In this document: positions 1-14,742 of the stretch, in pieces
Position numbering within the stretch: the first letter of the stretch is position 1
Layout of the letters: each line of letters starts with the position of its first letter
Assembly (NCBI GenBank): GCA_040954595.2
Contig: CM082577.2
Coordinates: forward strand, 19,690,303 to 19,754,302
Source of the DNA: Balanoglossus misakiensis
Lineage: Eukaryota; Animalia; Hemichordata
Reading direction: 5' to 3'
DNA length: 64,000 bases
Translations under genes and position numbers: made by a program
The notes under the pieces: generated by a model
The model's input: the letters and a program-made list of their open reading frames with translations, nothing else
The model's database searches: none
What the model was told of the DNA's origin: nothing

Positions 1-345
1 TCATGGATGTTGAAGGATTGATTGTGCAAGCTTTGCGAAATACCTGTTGATTATAAAAAAAACATTGCTAATTTCTAACAGGAGTGCAGATTATTTTGGA
101 ACTGCCTTGTCTTTTCCAGCATTTTTTTACTTTTAAGGACAGATAGGCAGCAGTCAACTGAAGGAAAATGTTAGAACGCTTTAAATGAATGAATTTCCCT
201 TTCTTATCTAAACGATGCCAATTTCCTTTAAAAATACAAACACTGCTCTTTCTCACTACAAAATACGTGTTGGCATCCCATTTTAATGTATTATCAAAAA
301 TGGAGCCAAGGTATGTGTGAGTCGGGACAATTTCTACTTGATTTT
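1..345 (-). mobile_element. Decayed non-LTR retrotransposon fragment (L2/Rex1/CR1-like post-RT region)
   Basis: Minus strand reads QVEIVPTHTYLGSIFDNTLKWDANT, resembling the YLG..D..L.W motif of these LINEs; frameshifted. Confidence 0.6.
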
Positions 346-559
346 TATAAAGGTCTTCTTGCGCATTTCTTCAGGTTTCTCAAGATGTTTCTATAAATGA
401 ATTTAAAATAAGAAGCTTAACATCTTCCACACCAGTTCTTTTCGAAAACGCACATCAAAGGGATAGATCGGAAGACTTTACAGTTTTATCTAGTGTTTTC
501 AGGAAAATATACATTAATGCAATGGAGTTGGAAATCAATTAATTGTTTGTAATTACTTT

Positions 560-1130
560 TATTTGGAATTTGAACAGCTTGTAGTGGGAATGATAAAAGT
601 GTGAACAGAGATTTGAAGGTTGAAAGATCTCGTTCAGCTGATCAGTACATTATTTCGAGGCAAATCACAAATGCGATCTGGGGACCAGTGTTTGTATTTA
701 ATTTCAGTGTTTATAGGGTTATACATGTAGCTGGTTATGACTACCCGTAGGTCACATATAGTAGGATAGTTCACAATTATGAAATCGACGACTGATCTAA
801 GGTGTTACTCGAACATTTACTAGCAATAGTTTTACATCATATTTTGTAGAGATTGCATAAACTTGGCTCCATATGGATGTATAGAAAGGTGACAGGAAGT
901 TCAGCATTCTTATTATTTCAACATCGGTGTATTTACATTTGGCATCATTGTTGAAAAATATAGCCTGAGTTGTGTTAATGACAATATGCTCATGCCTACG
1001 ACTGCCACCAAAGAAAGCCTGTTTCATCAGTAATGTTAGTCTCTGTTGTAATGGGACTGTTTCCTTCCCATGGTGTTTACTAGTATATAGAAATAGGAGA
1101 CTGTAGGTGTGTCCTGAATCGTAAGAATGT
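560..1130 (-). mobile_element. Decayed Penelope-like element fragment
   Basis: KQAFF...KYTDVEIIRMLNFL resembles the Penelope-like RT segment ending 'I..ML.FL'; disrupted. Recognised from memory only. Confidence 0.4.
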
Positions 1131-2727
1131 TGCTAACTTTATTGGGGGCACAAGCGCCCTCAGGCGGCTTGTGCCCCCATTGGTATTGTTGGAATTTTTA
1201 GGGCCCAAGCGCAAGCAAGCGCTTGGGCCCTATTGGTTTCGTTGGGGTTTATCTTTAGGGCCCAAGCGCAAGCAAGCGCTTGGGCCCTATTGGTTTCGTT
1301 GGGGTTTTTTAGGGCCCAAGCGCATACCAGCGCTTGGGCCCTATTGGTTTCGTTGGGGTTTTTCTTTCTTCTTTCTTTATTCTTGTGTCAATTCTTTGTC
1401 GCTCTAGATCTCAGACACCGCTGCAGGTACACTTCTGAAACTTGCTACAGTGGTCAAGGTCAATGAGTAGTCGTGCATTGAACCCTTGAATTTTTAATTA
1501 GTCACGTGACCTGGCGGCCATATTGGATATTCTGAAAAAATGCAAATCTCAGATCTCAGAAACTACAAGTCAGATCGACTTCAAATTTGGTGTGCAGGTA
1601 GTTTACCTTCTACCCATCATTTTTGTAATTGGAAATTATGCTGTCAATGTTGCAGTTTTTTTGCTACAATTTTTTTTCTGAAATCTGGCTTAAATTTCAA
1701 AAATCTTCTTCTCCAGAACCGGTGATAACCGAGTCACGCGGTTTGGGGTATGTGGTCACCTAACTGATGTCTATCAAGTTTGCGAAGATCATTGTGATTG
1801 GTTGAAGATTATGGCGGCCATATTGGATTTTCGAAAAACCCTAGTAAAATTTCAAAAATCTTCTTCTCAAGAACCGGCGATAACCGAGTCACAAGATTTG
1901 GTGTGTGTGGTCACTAAACAGATGTCTATCAAGTTTGCGAAGAGGAATGTGATTGGTCAAGGATTATGGCGGCCATATTGGATTTTGTGAAAAACGATTA
2001 AAAAGTAAAAATTCCCTTTCTAGCCTAAAAATTGATAGCACAGAAATTCTTTTTATGGATATGAATCATCATATGCCAAGAATAAGCTATAAATATTTTG
2101 GTAATTTTGGCAATGACCTTTGACCTACTTTTGACGCATCATTTTTCTGCATATCTAATTTCAGGCTAACCTTTAAGGCTATCATTTTGGTTTTTGATGT
2201 ATGTGGATTTGTATGTGATCAAAAATTTTTGCTACTTTTCATGACCCCTTTGACCTCTGCTGACCTCATTAAATATGCACATACCTAATTACAGATGAAC
2301 CAATAGACCTAGAGGTTTTGTTTTTGTTATACATGGACCAGTAACGGGTCAAAATATTTTGCCCAAATGTTGGGTGACCTCGGGTGACCTTTGACCTACT
2401 TAACACTATATCAGCATCAGATCAGATAATAGAGCTTGGGCCCGGACAATGCTGCTTGCAGCTTTAATCTTTCTTTCTTTCTTTCTTTCTTTATTCTCCT
2501 GTCCATTTTTTATCGCTCTAGATCTCAGACACCGCTGCAGGTACAGTTCTCAAACTTGCTACAGTGGTCAAGGTCAATGAGTAGTCATGCATTGAACCCA
2601 TGAATTTTTAATTAGTCACGTGACATGGCGGCCATATTGGATTTTCTGAAAAAATGCAAATCTCAGATCTCAGAAACTACAAGTCAGATTTACTTCAGAT
2701 TTGGCGTGCTGGTAGTGTACCTTCTGC

Positions 2728-3910
2728 CACGGTTACTAGAAGAAGACGGTTAGGAAACTATTTTTTCTCCATTGTTAGATGCTCGCCTCGGTAAACACTT
2801 AGTGTAAACGAAAGATATCAGGTGCTAACGAGCCTGGCCGTACGAATAAACAGACAGTATAACTGACCGCTCGGTAAAAATGACGTCATTCCCCCCACAA
2901 TCCAATGCAAACCATACTCAATTTTGAACTTTCAAGGACGTGGTGAAGCCATACAATATTTGTCTTGAATCAAGCCCTAGAGATTCGATGCGAACCAAAA
3001 CAAACAAGATGGCCGCCATACATCAATGTTACTACGGTTATCGAAATGCGTATGAAATCTCGACGAAATATGCCACATGGAATTAACGAAATAGCCCATG
3101 CACTACAAAAAGGAGTAAAATATATAAATATATTAAAAAATAACAGAAATGCGACCATCAGAGTTGAATTCTAGGGGTTCGAAATTCGACGCCATTTTGA
3201 ATCTTGGAATAATGTCCTTTTCACGACCACTATTTTAATTCACGGCGTTTGGTGCGTTTGCTTCCACTAAACCATATAAAATGTAAATTTCCAAGCCGAA
3301 AGATAACAGTCTACCATATGGTAACTGATAGAGTAGTAATCAGACGAAATTTTGTTTCGGTGACGGACTTATAGTTAACCACCCCAAGAAACGTTGATAG
3401 AAAATGAAATATTGGAACACTCGGAACGGGCAGTGATATCGCGGTTACAGAGTGCCCGAACCCGAACAGACTATGACCGTGCACTCCGTAAGCAAATATG
3501 GAACTCGTAAAAAAAAAAATGACTATGTACTCTTGACGAAAAAGGGCAGTTGAAGGGGTTCAAAAATTAGCTAGGTCATCCTAAGTCGCCATCAGGCTCT
3601 TATGATTTAGACATCATAAAACACAATCAAGAATTTGACCTCAGAACTGGAAGAATCTGTATGAAATACCCATCGTAGAATAGAAAAGACGTTCACCCAA
3701 CAGTACGATCTGTTCAAGCGATAAAATCCACTTCTCTTGGCTGCAATTTCTGGAATGTGCAGGAACACACCAGAGCGTACCCACGCCACAAACCCAAGCT
3801 GTGACGTCATCAACGCTCATAGCGGTTTGGACATGTACTCTCCTAGCTAACACCTCGTTCACACCTTCCGAACAATAGAGTTTCCTAACCGTCTTCTTCT
3901 AGTAACCGTG
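2728..3910. mobile_element. Non-autonomous TIR transposon with 7-bp TSD (possibly P superfamily), nested in one Helentron unit
   Basis: 32-bp TIR cacggttactagaagaagacggttaggaaact; TSD cttctgc at 2721-2727 and 3911-3917; the empty site is visible in sibling units. Confidence 0.85.
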
Positions 3911-6900
3911 CTTCTGCCCATCATTTTTGTATTGGATATTTTGCTGTCAATGTTGCAGTTTTTTAGCTACATTTGTTTTTCTGAAATCTGGTCAAAATTT
4001 CAAAAATCTTCTTCTCCAGAACCGGCGATAACCGAGTCCCGCAATTTGGGGTATGTGGTCTCCTAACTGAGGTCTATCAAGTTTGCGAAGATCATTGTGA
4101 TAGGTCGAAGATTATGGCGGCCATATTGGATTTTCGAAAAACCATAGTAAAACTCCCAAAATCTTCTTCTCCAGAACGGGCGATACCCGAGTCACAAGAT
4201 TCGGGGAGTATGGTCACTACACTGATGTCTATCAAGTTTGCAAAGAGCATTGTGATTGGTCGAAGATTATGGCGGCCATATTGGAATTTGTAAAAAGCAT
4301 CGAAAAATTGAAATTCCTTTTTCTAGTTTAAAAATTGATAGCATAGAAATTCTTTGTATGGATAACAATCGTCATGTGACTAAAATATGTTACAAATTTT
4401 TCTGCGATTTTTCACATGACCTTTGACCTACTTTTCATATGTTATTTTTTCTGCATATCTAATTCCAGGCTAACCTATAGGGCTAGACGTTTGGTTTTTG
4501 ATGCATGTGGATTAGTGTGTGATCAAAATATTTTGCTACTTTTCATGACCCCTTTGACCTCTGCTGACCTCATTAATTATGTGCATAGCTAATTTCAGGT
4601 GAACCAATAGAGCTAGAGCTTTGGTTTTTCATGAACATGGACCAGTATAGGGTCAAAATTTTTTACCCAAATGTTGGGTGACCTCTGGTGACCTTTGACC
4701 TACTTTCGCATATCTCAACATCCAGAGCAGATACAGCCTTGGCATTTGGCAGGATGGGACCTAAATGTAAAGCCAAATTTTTGGGTCACCTGTGACACCT
4801 GCTGACCTCATTAAATATGCACATACCTAATTACACGCGAACCAATAGAGCTAGAGTTTTGGTTTTTGTTGGACATGGCCCAGCATGGGTCAAAATATTT
4901 TGCCAAAATGTTGGGTGACCTCAGGTGACCTTTGACCTACTTTACCCTATTTCAGCAGCAAAAATACATACGTCCTTGTTATGTCATGAGATAATACACC
5001 CGATAGAAAATTCTGTTTCTTCTCATTCATACTGTGCATATATAATTCAAGATCAGCGCTTGGGCCCGACAATGCTGCTTGCAGCTTTAATTCTTTCTTT
5101 CTTTCTTTCTTTCTTTATTCTCCTGTCCATTTTTTATCGCTCTAGATCTCAGACACCGCTGCAGGTACAGTTCTCAAACTTGCAACAGTGGTCAAGGTCA
5201 ATGAGAAGTCGTGCATTGAACCCATGAATGTTTAATTAGTCACGTGACATGGCGGCCATATTGGATTTTCTGAAAAAATGCAAATCTCAGATCTCAGAAA
5301 CTACAAGTCAGATTTATTTCAGATTTGGCATGCTGGTAGTGTACCTTCTGCCCATCATTTTTGTAATTGGATATTTTGCTGTCAATGTTGCAGTTTTTTT
5401 GCTACAGTTGTTTTTCTGAAATCTGGTCAAAATTTCAAAAATCTTCTTCTCCAGAACCGGCGATAACCGAGTCACGCGGTTTGGGGTATGTGGTCACCTA
5501 ACTGAGGTCTATCAAGTTTGCGAAGATCATTGTGATTGGTCGAAGTTTATGGCGGCCATATTGGATTTTCGAAAAACCATAGTAAAACTCCCAAAATCTT
5601 CTTCTCCAGAACGGGCGATAACTGAGTCACAAGATTCGGGGAGTATGGTCACTACACTGATGTCTATCAAGTTTGCAAAGAGAATTGTGATTGGTCAAAG
5701 ATTATGGCGGCCATATTGGAATTTGTAAAAAGCATCGAAAAATTGAAATTCCTTTTTCTAGTCTAAAAATTGATAGCATAGAAATTCATTGTATGGATAT
5801 CAATCGTCATGTGACTAAAATATGTTACAATTTTTTTGCGATTTTTCACATGACCTTTGACCTACTTTTCACATGTTATTTTTTCTGCATATCTAATTCC
5901 AGGCTAACCTATAGGGCTAGACGTTTGGTTTTTGATGCATGTGGATAAGTGTGTGATCAAAATATTTTGCTACTTTTCATGACCCCTTTGACCTCTGCTG
6001 ACCTCATTAATTATGTGCATAGCTAATTACAGGCGAACCAATAGAGCTAGAACTTTGGTTTTTGTTGAACATGGACCAGTATGGGGTCAAAATTTTTTGC
6101 CCAAATGTTGCGTGACCTCTGGTGACCTTTGACCTACTTTCGCATATCTCAACATCCAGAGCAGATACAGCCTTGGCATTTGGCAGGATGGGACCTAAAT
6201 GCAAAGCCAAATTTTTGGGTCACCTGTGACACCTGCTGACCTCATTAAATATGCACATACCTAATTACATGCGAACCAATAGAGCTAGAGTTTGGGTTTT
6301 TGTTGGACATGGCCCAGCATGGGTCAAATTTTTTTGCCCAAATGTTGGGTGACCTCAGGTGACCTTTGACCTACTTTACCCTATTTCAGCAGCAAAAATA
6401 CATAAGTCCTTGTTATGTCATGAGATAATACACCCGATAGAAAATTCTGTTTCTTCTCATTCATACTGTGCATATATAATTCAAGATCAGCGCTTGGGCC
6501 CGACAATGCTGCTTGCAGCTTTAATCTTTCTTTCTTTCTTTCTTTATTCTCCTGTCCATTTTTTATCGCTCTAGATCTCAGACACCGCTGCAGGTACAGT
6601 TCTCAAACTTGCTACAGTGGTCAAGGTCAATGAGTAGTCGTGCATTGAACCCATGAATTTTTAATTTGTCACGTGACATGGCGGCCATATTGGATTTTCT
6701 GAAAAAATGCAAATCTCAGATCTCAGAAACTACAAGTCAGATTTACTTCAGATTTGGCGTGCTGGTAGTGTACCTTCTGCCCATCATTTTTGTAATTGGA
6801 TATTTTGCTGTCAATGTTGCAGTTTTTTTGCTACAGTTGTTTTTCTGAAATCTGGTCAAGATTTCAAAAATCTTCTTCTCCAGAACCGGCGATAACCGAG

Positions 6901-9900
6901 TCACGCGGTTTGGGGTATGTGGTCACCTAACTGAGGTCTATCAAGTTTGCGAAGATCATTGTGATTGGTCGAAGATTATGGCGGCCATATTGGATTTTCG
7001 AAAAACCATAGTAAAACTCCAAAAATCTTCTTCTCCAGAACGGGCAATAATCGAGTCACAAGATTCGGGGAGTATGGTCACTACACTGATGTCTATCAAG
7101 TTTGCAAAGAGCATTGTGATTGGTCGAAGATTATGGCGGCCATATTGGAATTTGTAAAAAGCATCGAAAAATTGACATTCCTTTTTCTAGTCTAAAAATT
7201 GATAGCATACAAATTCTTTTTATGGATATCAATCGTCAGGTGACTAAGATATGTAACAATTTTTTGGCGATTTTTCACATGACCTTTGACCTACTTATCA
7301 CGCGTTATTATTTCTGCATATCTAATTCCAGGCTAACCTATAGGGCTAGACGTTTGGTTTTTGATGCTTGTGGATTAGTGTGTGATCAAAATATTTTGCT
7401 ACTTTCCATGACACCTTTGACCTCTGCTTACCTCATTAATTATGTGCATAGCTAATTACAGGCGAACCAATAGAGCTAGAGCTTTGGTTTTTGTTGAACA
7501 TGGACCAGTATGGGTTCAAAATTTTTTGCCCAAATGTTGGGTGACCTCTGGTGACTTTTGACCTACTTTCACATATCTCAACATCCAGAGCAGATACAGC
7601 CTTGGCATTTGGCAGGATGGGACCTAAATGTAAAGCCAAATTTTTGGGTCACCTGTGACACCTTTGACCTCTGCTTACCTCATTAATTATGTACATACCT
7701 AATTACACGCGAACCAATAGAGCTAGAGTTTTGGTTTTTGTTGGACATGGCCCAGCAAGGGTCAAATTTTTTTGCCCAAATGTTGGGTGACCTCAGGTGA
7801 CCTTTGACCTACTTTACTCTATTTCAGCAGCAAAAATACATAAGTCCTTGTTATGTCATGAGATAATACACGCGATAGAAAATTCTGTTTCTTCTCATTC
7901 ATACTGTGCATATATAATTCAAGATCAGCGCTTGGGCCCGACAATGCTGCTTGCAGCTTTAATTCTTTCTTTCTTTCTTTCTTTCTTTCTTTTTTCTTGT
8001 GTCAATTCTTCGGCCAACTAAATCTCTGAAACTACTGCAGGTACACTGCTCAAACTTGCTACAGTGGTCAAGGTCTATGAGTAGATGTGCAGTGACTTGT
8101 GAATACGTAATTAGTCATGTGACCTGGCGGCCATATTGGATTTTCTGAAAAAATGCAAATCTCAGATCTCAGAAACTACAAGCCAGATCGACTTCAAATT
8201 TGGCATGCAGGTAGACTACCTTCTACCCATCATTGTTGTAATGTTGCAGTTTTTTTGCTACAATTTTTTTTCTGAAATCTGTCTTAAATTTCAAAAATCT
8301 TCTTCTCCAGAACCGGTGATAACGGAGACACGGGGTTTGGGGTATGTGGTCACCTAACAGATGTCTATCAAGTTTGCGAAGATCATTGTGATTGGTCGAA
8401 GATTATGGCGGCCATATTGGATTTTCGAAAAACCATAGTAAAACTCCAAAAATCTTCTTCTCCAAAACGGGCGATGACTGAGTCGCAAGATTCGGGGAGT
8501 ATGGTCACTACACTGATGTCTATAAAGTTTGCAAAGAGCATTGTGATTGGTCGAAGATTATGGCGGCCATATTAGATTTTGTAAAAAGCAGTGAAAAATT
8601 GAAATTCCTTTTTCTAGTCTAAAAATTGATAACATACAAATTCTTTTTATGGATATCAATCGTCATGTGACTAAAATATGTTAAAATTTTTTGGCGATTT
8701 TTCACATGACCTTTGACCTACTTATCACACGTTATTATTTCAGCATATCTAATTCCAGGCTAACCTATAGGGCTAAACGTTTGGTTTTTGATGCATGTGG
8801 ATTAGTGTGTGATCAAAATATTTTGCTACTTTTCATGACCCCTTTGACCTCTGCTGACCTCATTAATTATGTGCATAGCTAATTACAGGCGAACCAATAG
8901 AGCTAGAGGTTTGGTTTTTGTTGGACATGGACCAGTATGGGATCAAAATTTTTTGCCCAAATTTTGGATGACCTCTGGTGACCTTTGACCTACTTTCGCA
9001 TATCTCAGCATCCAGAGCAGATACAGCGTTGGCATTTGGCAGGATGGGACCAAAATGTAAAGCCACATTTTTGGGTCACCTGTGACACCTGTTGACCTCA
9101 TTAAATATGCACATACCTAATTACAGCCGAACCAATAGAGCTAGAGTTTTGGTTTTTGTTGGACATGAACCAGTATGGGTCAAAAAAATGTGCCCAAATG
9201 TTGGGTGACCTCAGGTGACCTTTGACCTACTTCACCCTATTTCAGCAGCAAAAATACACACGTCCTTGTTATGTCATGAGATAATACACCCAATAGAAAA
9301 TTATGTTTCTTTTCATTCATACTGTGCATATATAATTCGAGATCAGCGCTTGGGCCCGACAATGCTGCTTGCAGCTTTAATTCTTTATTATTATTAGGGC
9401 ACAAGCCAAGCAGGCTTGTGCCCTATTGGTATTACTGGGGTTTTTCATCTTTTTTTTTTTTTTTTCTTGTGTAGTTTTTTTGCTCAGGTAGATCTTGAAA
9501 ACGGCTGAACCTACAAATCTCAAACTTGGCACAATGGTGCAGGTCTATGAGAGCTTGTGCAGTACCCTCGTGAATGTGTAATTAGTCACATGACCTGATG
9601 ACCATATATGGGCAAAGTTTTCAAATGGGCCTAATTTGCATATGAATGATGATATCAAAATTCTGTGCAATCATTTTGCGGACCATATGGTCAGTGTCCT
9701 ACATGCTAAATTTCAAGGCTCTGGGCCAAGTCAATTTTGAGAAGAAGATTTTTAAATATTATATTTCATATTTTTTGGACCCAGCCATAGGCCTATACTT
9801 TCTATAGTTAAGCTATGATGCTATGTCCACATCTGTGCAATGGTCCTGTACTGTGACTCTCTATTGGCCCGTGAGCAGAATGGGACCAAAATAAAAGGCA

Positions 9901-10965
9901 AAATTTTGGGCTCACCTGTAACACCTGCTTAACTCATTAATTATGTGCATACCTAATTCTGGGCTAACTAATAGGGCTAGAGGTTTTGTGCTTGTGGGAC
10001 ATGGACCAGTAAAGGGTAAAAAAAAATTGCCCAAATTTTGGGTGACCTCAGGTGAGCTTTGACCTACTTTACAATATCTCGGCATGCACAGCAGCTACAG
10101 CCTTGGCATTTGGAGGGATGGAACTCCTGATGGAGCCTTACACTTTACCTCATTAATTATGCACATACATAATTGTAGGCGAACCAATAGGGCTCGAGAT
10201 TTTGTTCCTGTGGGACACGGACCAGTATGGGGTCAAAATTTCTTGCCCAAATTTTGGGTGACCACTTATGACCTTTGACCTTCGGCTTAAGCTTGGGCCC
10301 GTCATCGCTGCTTGCAGCTATATTTATTCTTCTTCTTCTTCCGAGAAATTCGGCCAGGTAGATCTGGAAAACCGCAGCACCTAGGGGGCTGAAAATTGGT
10401 AGGGTGATAGGGGCCAATGAGTAGACGTGCAGTGGCTCGTGAATATTTAATTAGTCACGTGACCTGGCGGCCATATTGGATTTCCTGAAAATCGTTAAAT
10501 GAGTCCTTCTCAAAAACTACTGGGCCGATCGAGTTCAAATTTGGTGTGCAGGTAGCCTACCTTCTGTCCATCATTTTACCCAATTGAAATCATGACGTCA
10601 CACATACAGTTATTTTGCTACAATTGTTTTTCTGAAAAACTACTTAAAACTTTAAAAATCTTCTTCTCCAGAACCAGCGATTGCCGAGTCACGGGATTCG
10701 GGGTATGTGGTCACCTAACCTATGTCTATCAAGTTTGCGAAGCGCACTGTGATTGGTCGATCATTATGGCGGCCATGTTGGATTATCGGAAAACCATTGA
10801 AAAATGAAAATTCCGTTTTGTAGCCAAAATGTTGACAGCACGAAAATTCTTTTTTTGGATATGAGTCATCATATGACCGGAAGTTGTCACAATTTTTCGG
10901 GGCAATTTTTACATGACCTTTGACCCTGTTTTAAAACAACTAATTATATATGCATATTCCCCATA

Positions 10966-11374
10966 CAGTGCAGCTTAGGAATAGCTTTCCAATTTGCTAA
11001 CAACTTGCTGACACGGTGTTTATAATGAGTCAGCTCAGTGTTAGCCTGTGTGTTCCAAGTGTTACAAAGGTGTGAATCTGCTGGCCCTGGCACTTGGCAT
11101 TGTTCAGTGTTAGCACCTTGGCGCACCCTATTGTTTTGGCACACAGTGTTAGCCTGTGTGTTCCAAGTGTTACAAAGGTGTGAATCTGTTGGCCCTGGCA
11201 CTTGGCATTGTTCAGTGTTAGCACCTTGGCGCACCCTATTGTTTTGGCACACCCTAGTTAAACAATAGGTGCTAATTAGAGCGCCAATAGGGTGCCAACC
11301 TAGAGTTGACCCAGTGTTTAAACAGAGCTGACCCAGTGTTGGTGCAGTTGGAAAGCTATTCCTAAGCTGCACTG
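10966..11374. mobile_element. Tc1/mariner-type MITE, copy 1
   Basis: TIR cagtgcagcttaggaatagctttcca, TA on both sides, internal ~108-bp direct repeat. Confidence 0.88.
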
Positions 11375-12755
11375 TACCTCCTCTTGTCAAAGCACCACAG
11401 TCATGAATTTTGTGGTCATGGGTACCAATGCTGCCAGGACATGACACAAATATTTTGGTAATTTTGGCAATGACCCTTGACCTATTTCTGAAACATCATT
11501 TTTCTGCATATCTAATTCCAGGCTAACCAATAGGGCTAGAGGTCTGGTTTTAGTTGGACATGGCCCACTCTGGGGTCAAAATTTTATGCCCAATTTTTGG
11601 GTGACCTTGGATGACCTTTGATCTACTTTCCCATATCTCAGTATCCACAGCAGTTAGAATCCTGGCTTTTGGGGGGCCGATGGAGCACATATGGAATCTT
11701 ACACAAGACCTCATTAATTATGTGCATACCTAATTGTAGACGAACCAATAGGGCTAGGGGTCTGGTTTTTGTTGGACCTAGACTAGTATGGGGTCCGATT
11801 TTTTTGCCCAAATTTGGGGTGACCTCAGGTGACCTTTGACCTACTTTCCCATATCTTGGTATCCCCAGCAGATACAGCCTTAGCATTTGCTGGTTACCAT
11901 GGGAACCGCTTGTGCCCCGCCAACGCTGCTTGCAGCTTTAATTCATTATATCCTTGTCTAAAATTTTGCCAATGTTTATTCTGTCCATCCCTTGTAAACA
12001 AATCTTAAAATCCTGGAAAAAAACTCATGTTGACTAATGAGACATTCTACTCGAACATTTTTAATAGGTGTATCTTTATCCGAGATACAGATAAAGGCTA
12101 TGTATACGGGTGTTTCAGGATTGCATACACTCATTTGGAAACACACAAATATGATCAGAACAATGTCCAGTACATTTTAATGTACATTTCAATGTAGTTT
12201 ATTGTAGTTCAGAGAATACGTTATAATCTGCGTTTATACAGTTCAACTTGATAAAAAACAGTTAAGCTTTAAATAATCTCTGATCTACACTGTACTTCTA
12301 ATTAGGTGTAATAAATGATATTGCCTGATAGTATATCAAGAAAACACTTATTTATGAATTTATGGTAAAATGGCCAAAAATGAAAGGAATATCAGTAGAG
12401 TGAAACATTTCCGCAAGTTTTGTGCCATGAAAAATAAAAAATCTAATGTCTCAGTGGAGTACATTTACTTCCATGTGTTCTACTGGATGAGATAATGCTT
12501 TGTTTATGAAGTTCTAAAGTGAGAAATGCAATGTTGTCATTGTATTTTTCATTTTACTACAGTGAAGGCCATATTCCTTTGCGGCAAAGATTAATATTCA
12601 TCTGGTTAAAACTTGTATGTAACTCATGTTTAGGGTTTACAATACTTGTATATACGTCATGGAGCGTTAACTTATGCAAATTAGTATTTAAATATACTCA
12701 ATTATGACAACTAACCTGTTTTCGCACTATAAATGTGATTTCTATATCTCTTACA

Positions 12756-13504
12756 TTGATAATTGAAATCATTTGGCGGCCATTTTTTATGCTAATTATC
12801 TCAAATTGCTCAACACTGACGGAGCTCCTGTAATCATTTCTTTCACTCTGATGATCTATACAAGCAGAACCCGCTTTAAAAACTCTGATGACACTAATAC
12901 AAGGTTCGTCACAAAAAGCGGACTTGGCAGCCGGCCTATATATTGATAATTTGAAATCATTTGGCGGCCATTTTTTATGCTAATTATCTCAAATTGCTAA
13001 ACACTGACGGCGCTCCAGTAACCATTTCTTTCACTCTGATGATCTATACAAGCAGAACCCGCTTTAAAAACTCTGATGACACTAATACAAGGTTCGTCAC
13101 AAAAAGCGGACTTGGCAGCCGGCCTATATATTGATAATTTGAAATCATTTGGCGGCCATTTTTTATGCTAATTATCTCAAATTGCTAAACACTGACGGAG
13201 CTCCAGTAACCATTTCTTTCACTCTGGTGATCAATACAAGCAGAATCCGCTTTAAAAACTATGATGACACTAATACAAGGTTCGTCACAAAAAGCGGACT
13301 TGGCAGCCGGCCTATATATTGATAATTTGAAATAATTCGGCGGCCATTTTTTTATGCTAATTATCTCAAATTGCTCAACACTGACGGAGCTCCAGTAACC
13401 ATTTCTTTCACTCTGGTGATCTATGCAAGCAGAATCCGCTTTAAAAAAAACTTTAGACGCCAAAACAAGGTTCGGCAAAAAAAGTGGATTTGGCGGCCGG
13501 ACTA
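12756..13504. repeat. Tandem repeat, four copies of a ~188-bp unit
   Basis: The attgataat...ggcggccattttttatgctaattatctcaaattgc unit recurs at ~12756, 12942, 13130 and 13318. Confidence 0.9.
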
Positions 13505-14742
13505 TACATACAATACATACATACGCAACGGATTCAATAAGTTCCCATGGTATATATACAAATGGGACTTAAATCAAAAATTTTCTAAAACCAATAATTA
13601 GAAATACACAGAATAAAATCTATATGATCTATATAACCGACATTTAAATAATCTATAATGGCTCAGTGACTGTAACATTTAAATGTACATGTAGCATATG
13701 TCTTAAATTTGTGTAATTTGTCATCTCCCATACAACTAGTGAATAATTTCTGTAACAGTGCCTCTGAAGAATCATTGGTGATGATTACACTAACGTACAA
13801 AAAGAGAAAACACAACCAAGCTATTAAAAATTTAATTATATTACATGTATATCATGCTACCATCCGCCATTCTGATTGGACGAGAGCTCAATCCAGCGAT
13901 GCTAAAATACTCAATAAAGCACTGCTAAAACGGGCCCCTGAAGTAGCATGCGCAGCAGGGAAAATGTGCGGTTAGACCACAGTCGCGTGGGATTAAACCA
14001 AATAAATAACATAATTTACGGACGTTTTATTTTGGAACTGGTCTGCTTTGAATATTTTGCACTTTTGTCACTTTTGTCGTCTGCTCGGGCCGCTCGTGTT
14101 TACATTCACTGTCGCTATGTTGGTTCACGATCGTAACTTCTTTTTCTGACGCCTTTTCGTTAAAGCACTTAGCTCGTCTCACACGCATGTTCCAGCTGTA
14201 GCCGCTGGTTACAGACGTTTATTGAACAGTCAATCCCATAAGGCAGTGCTCTGTCCTAACAACAAAGAAGATGGCGGCGACCATAAACTGCGTCGGAGAT
14301 TGTGAAAAGACACCAGCTTGGGTGAAAAGGAGGGACAAAACCAGAATCTACTTATACGGTGCGCATGAAATATGGAAGGAAGCAAAGGCAGTCCACTATT
14401 TGAATGCATCGAACAGTAAATTTGTTGAACATTTGCTGGCTATACACAGGGAAAACTGTCGTGAAGGGAAGTTACGCGCCTGTGTGTGAGACGAGCTAGG
14501 CGCTTTAAGAAAATGACACTGATATGCCACAAAATCAATTGTTGATATAATATAATAGCAATAACCCCCACCTCAGTCGGGTATACACTCGATTTTGGTA
14601 CCATTCGCTCCATATATATATATGTCTCGAATTGTACCAAAATCTCGGGTATACCCGCCTGCGGCGGGAGTTATTGCTTAAATAACTGATGTTATTCAAT
14701 TCTATCATGGTCATTATGTGTTAATAAATAAATATTCCTTAC

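Larger units (their letters stand above)
1141..11942 (+). mobile_element. Nested/tandem cluster of non-autonomous Helentron (HINE/DINE-1-like) elements, ~1.43-kb units
   Basis: 5' palindromic heads at ~1144, 1201, 1258, 1312 and 9398 (e.g. gggcccaagcg...cgcttgggccc), (TTTC)n after the heads, and 3' subTIR + gctgc-tt-gcagc hairpin + T-rich tails ending ~2468, 5090, 6524, 7963, 9381, 10324 and 11942. No TSD seen. Confidence 0.8.

Noticed and set aside
1540-9397. Recurrent 60-110 aa ORFs (MQISDLRNYK..., MTFDLL...) suggesting a gene family
   Set aside because: They recur only because the DNA unit is repeated; frames break between copies and no domain is recognisable.
10944-11447. 167-aa ORF with Cys-containing internal repeat
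   Set aside because: It lies across a non-coding MITE whose internal direct repeat explains the peptide repeat; it is unrelated to the cysteine modules.
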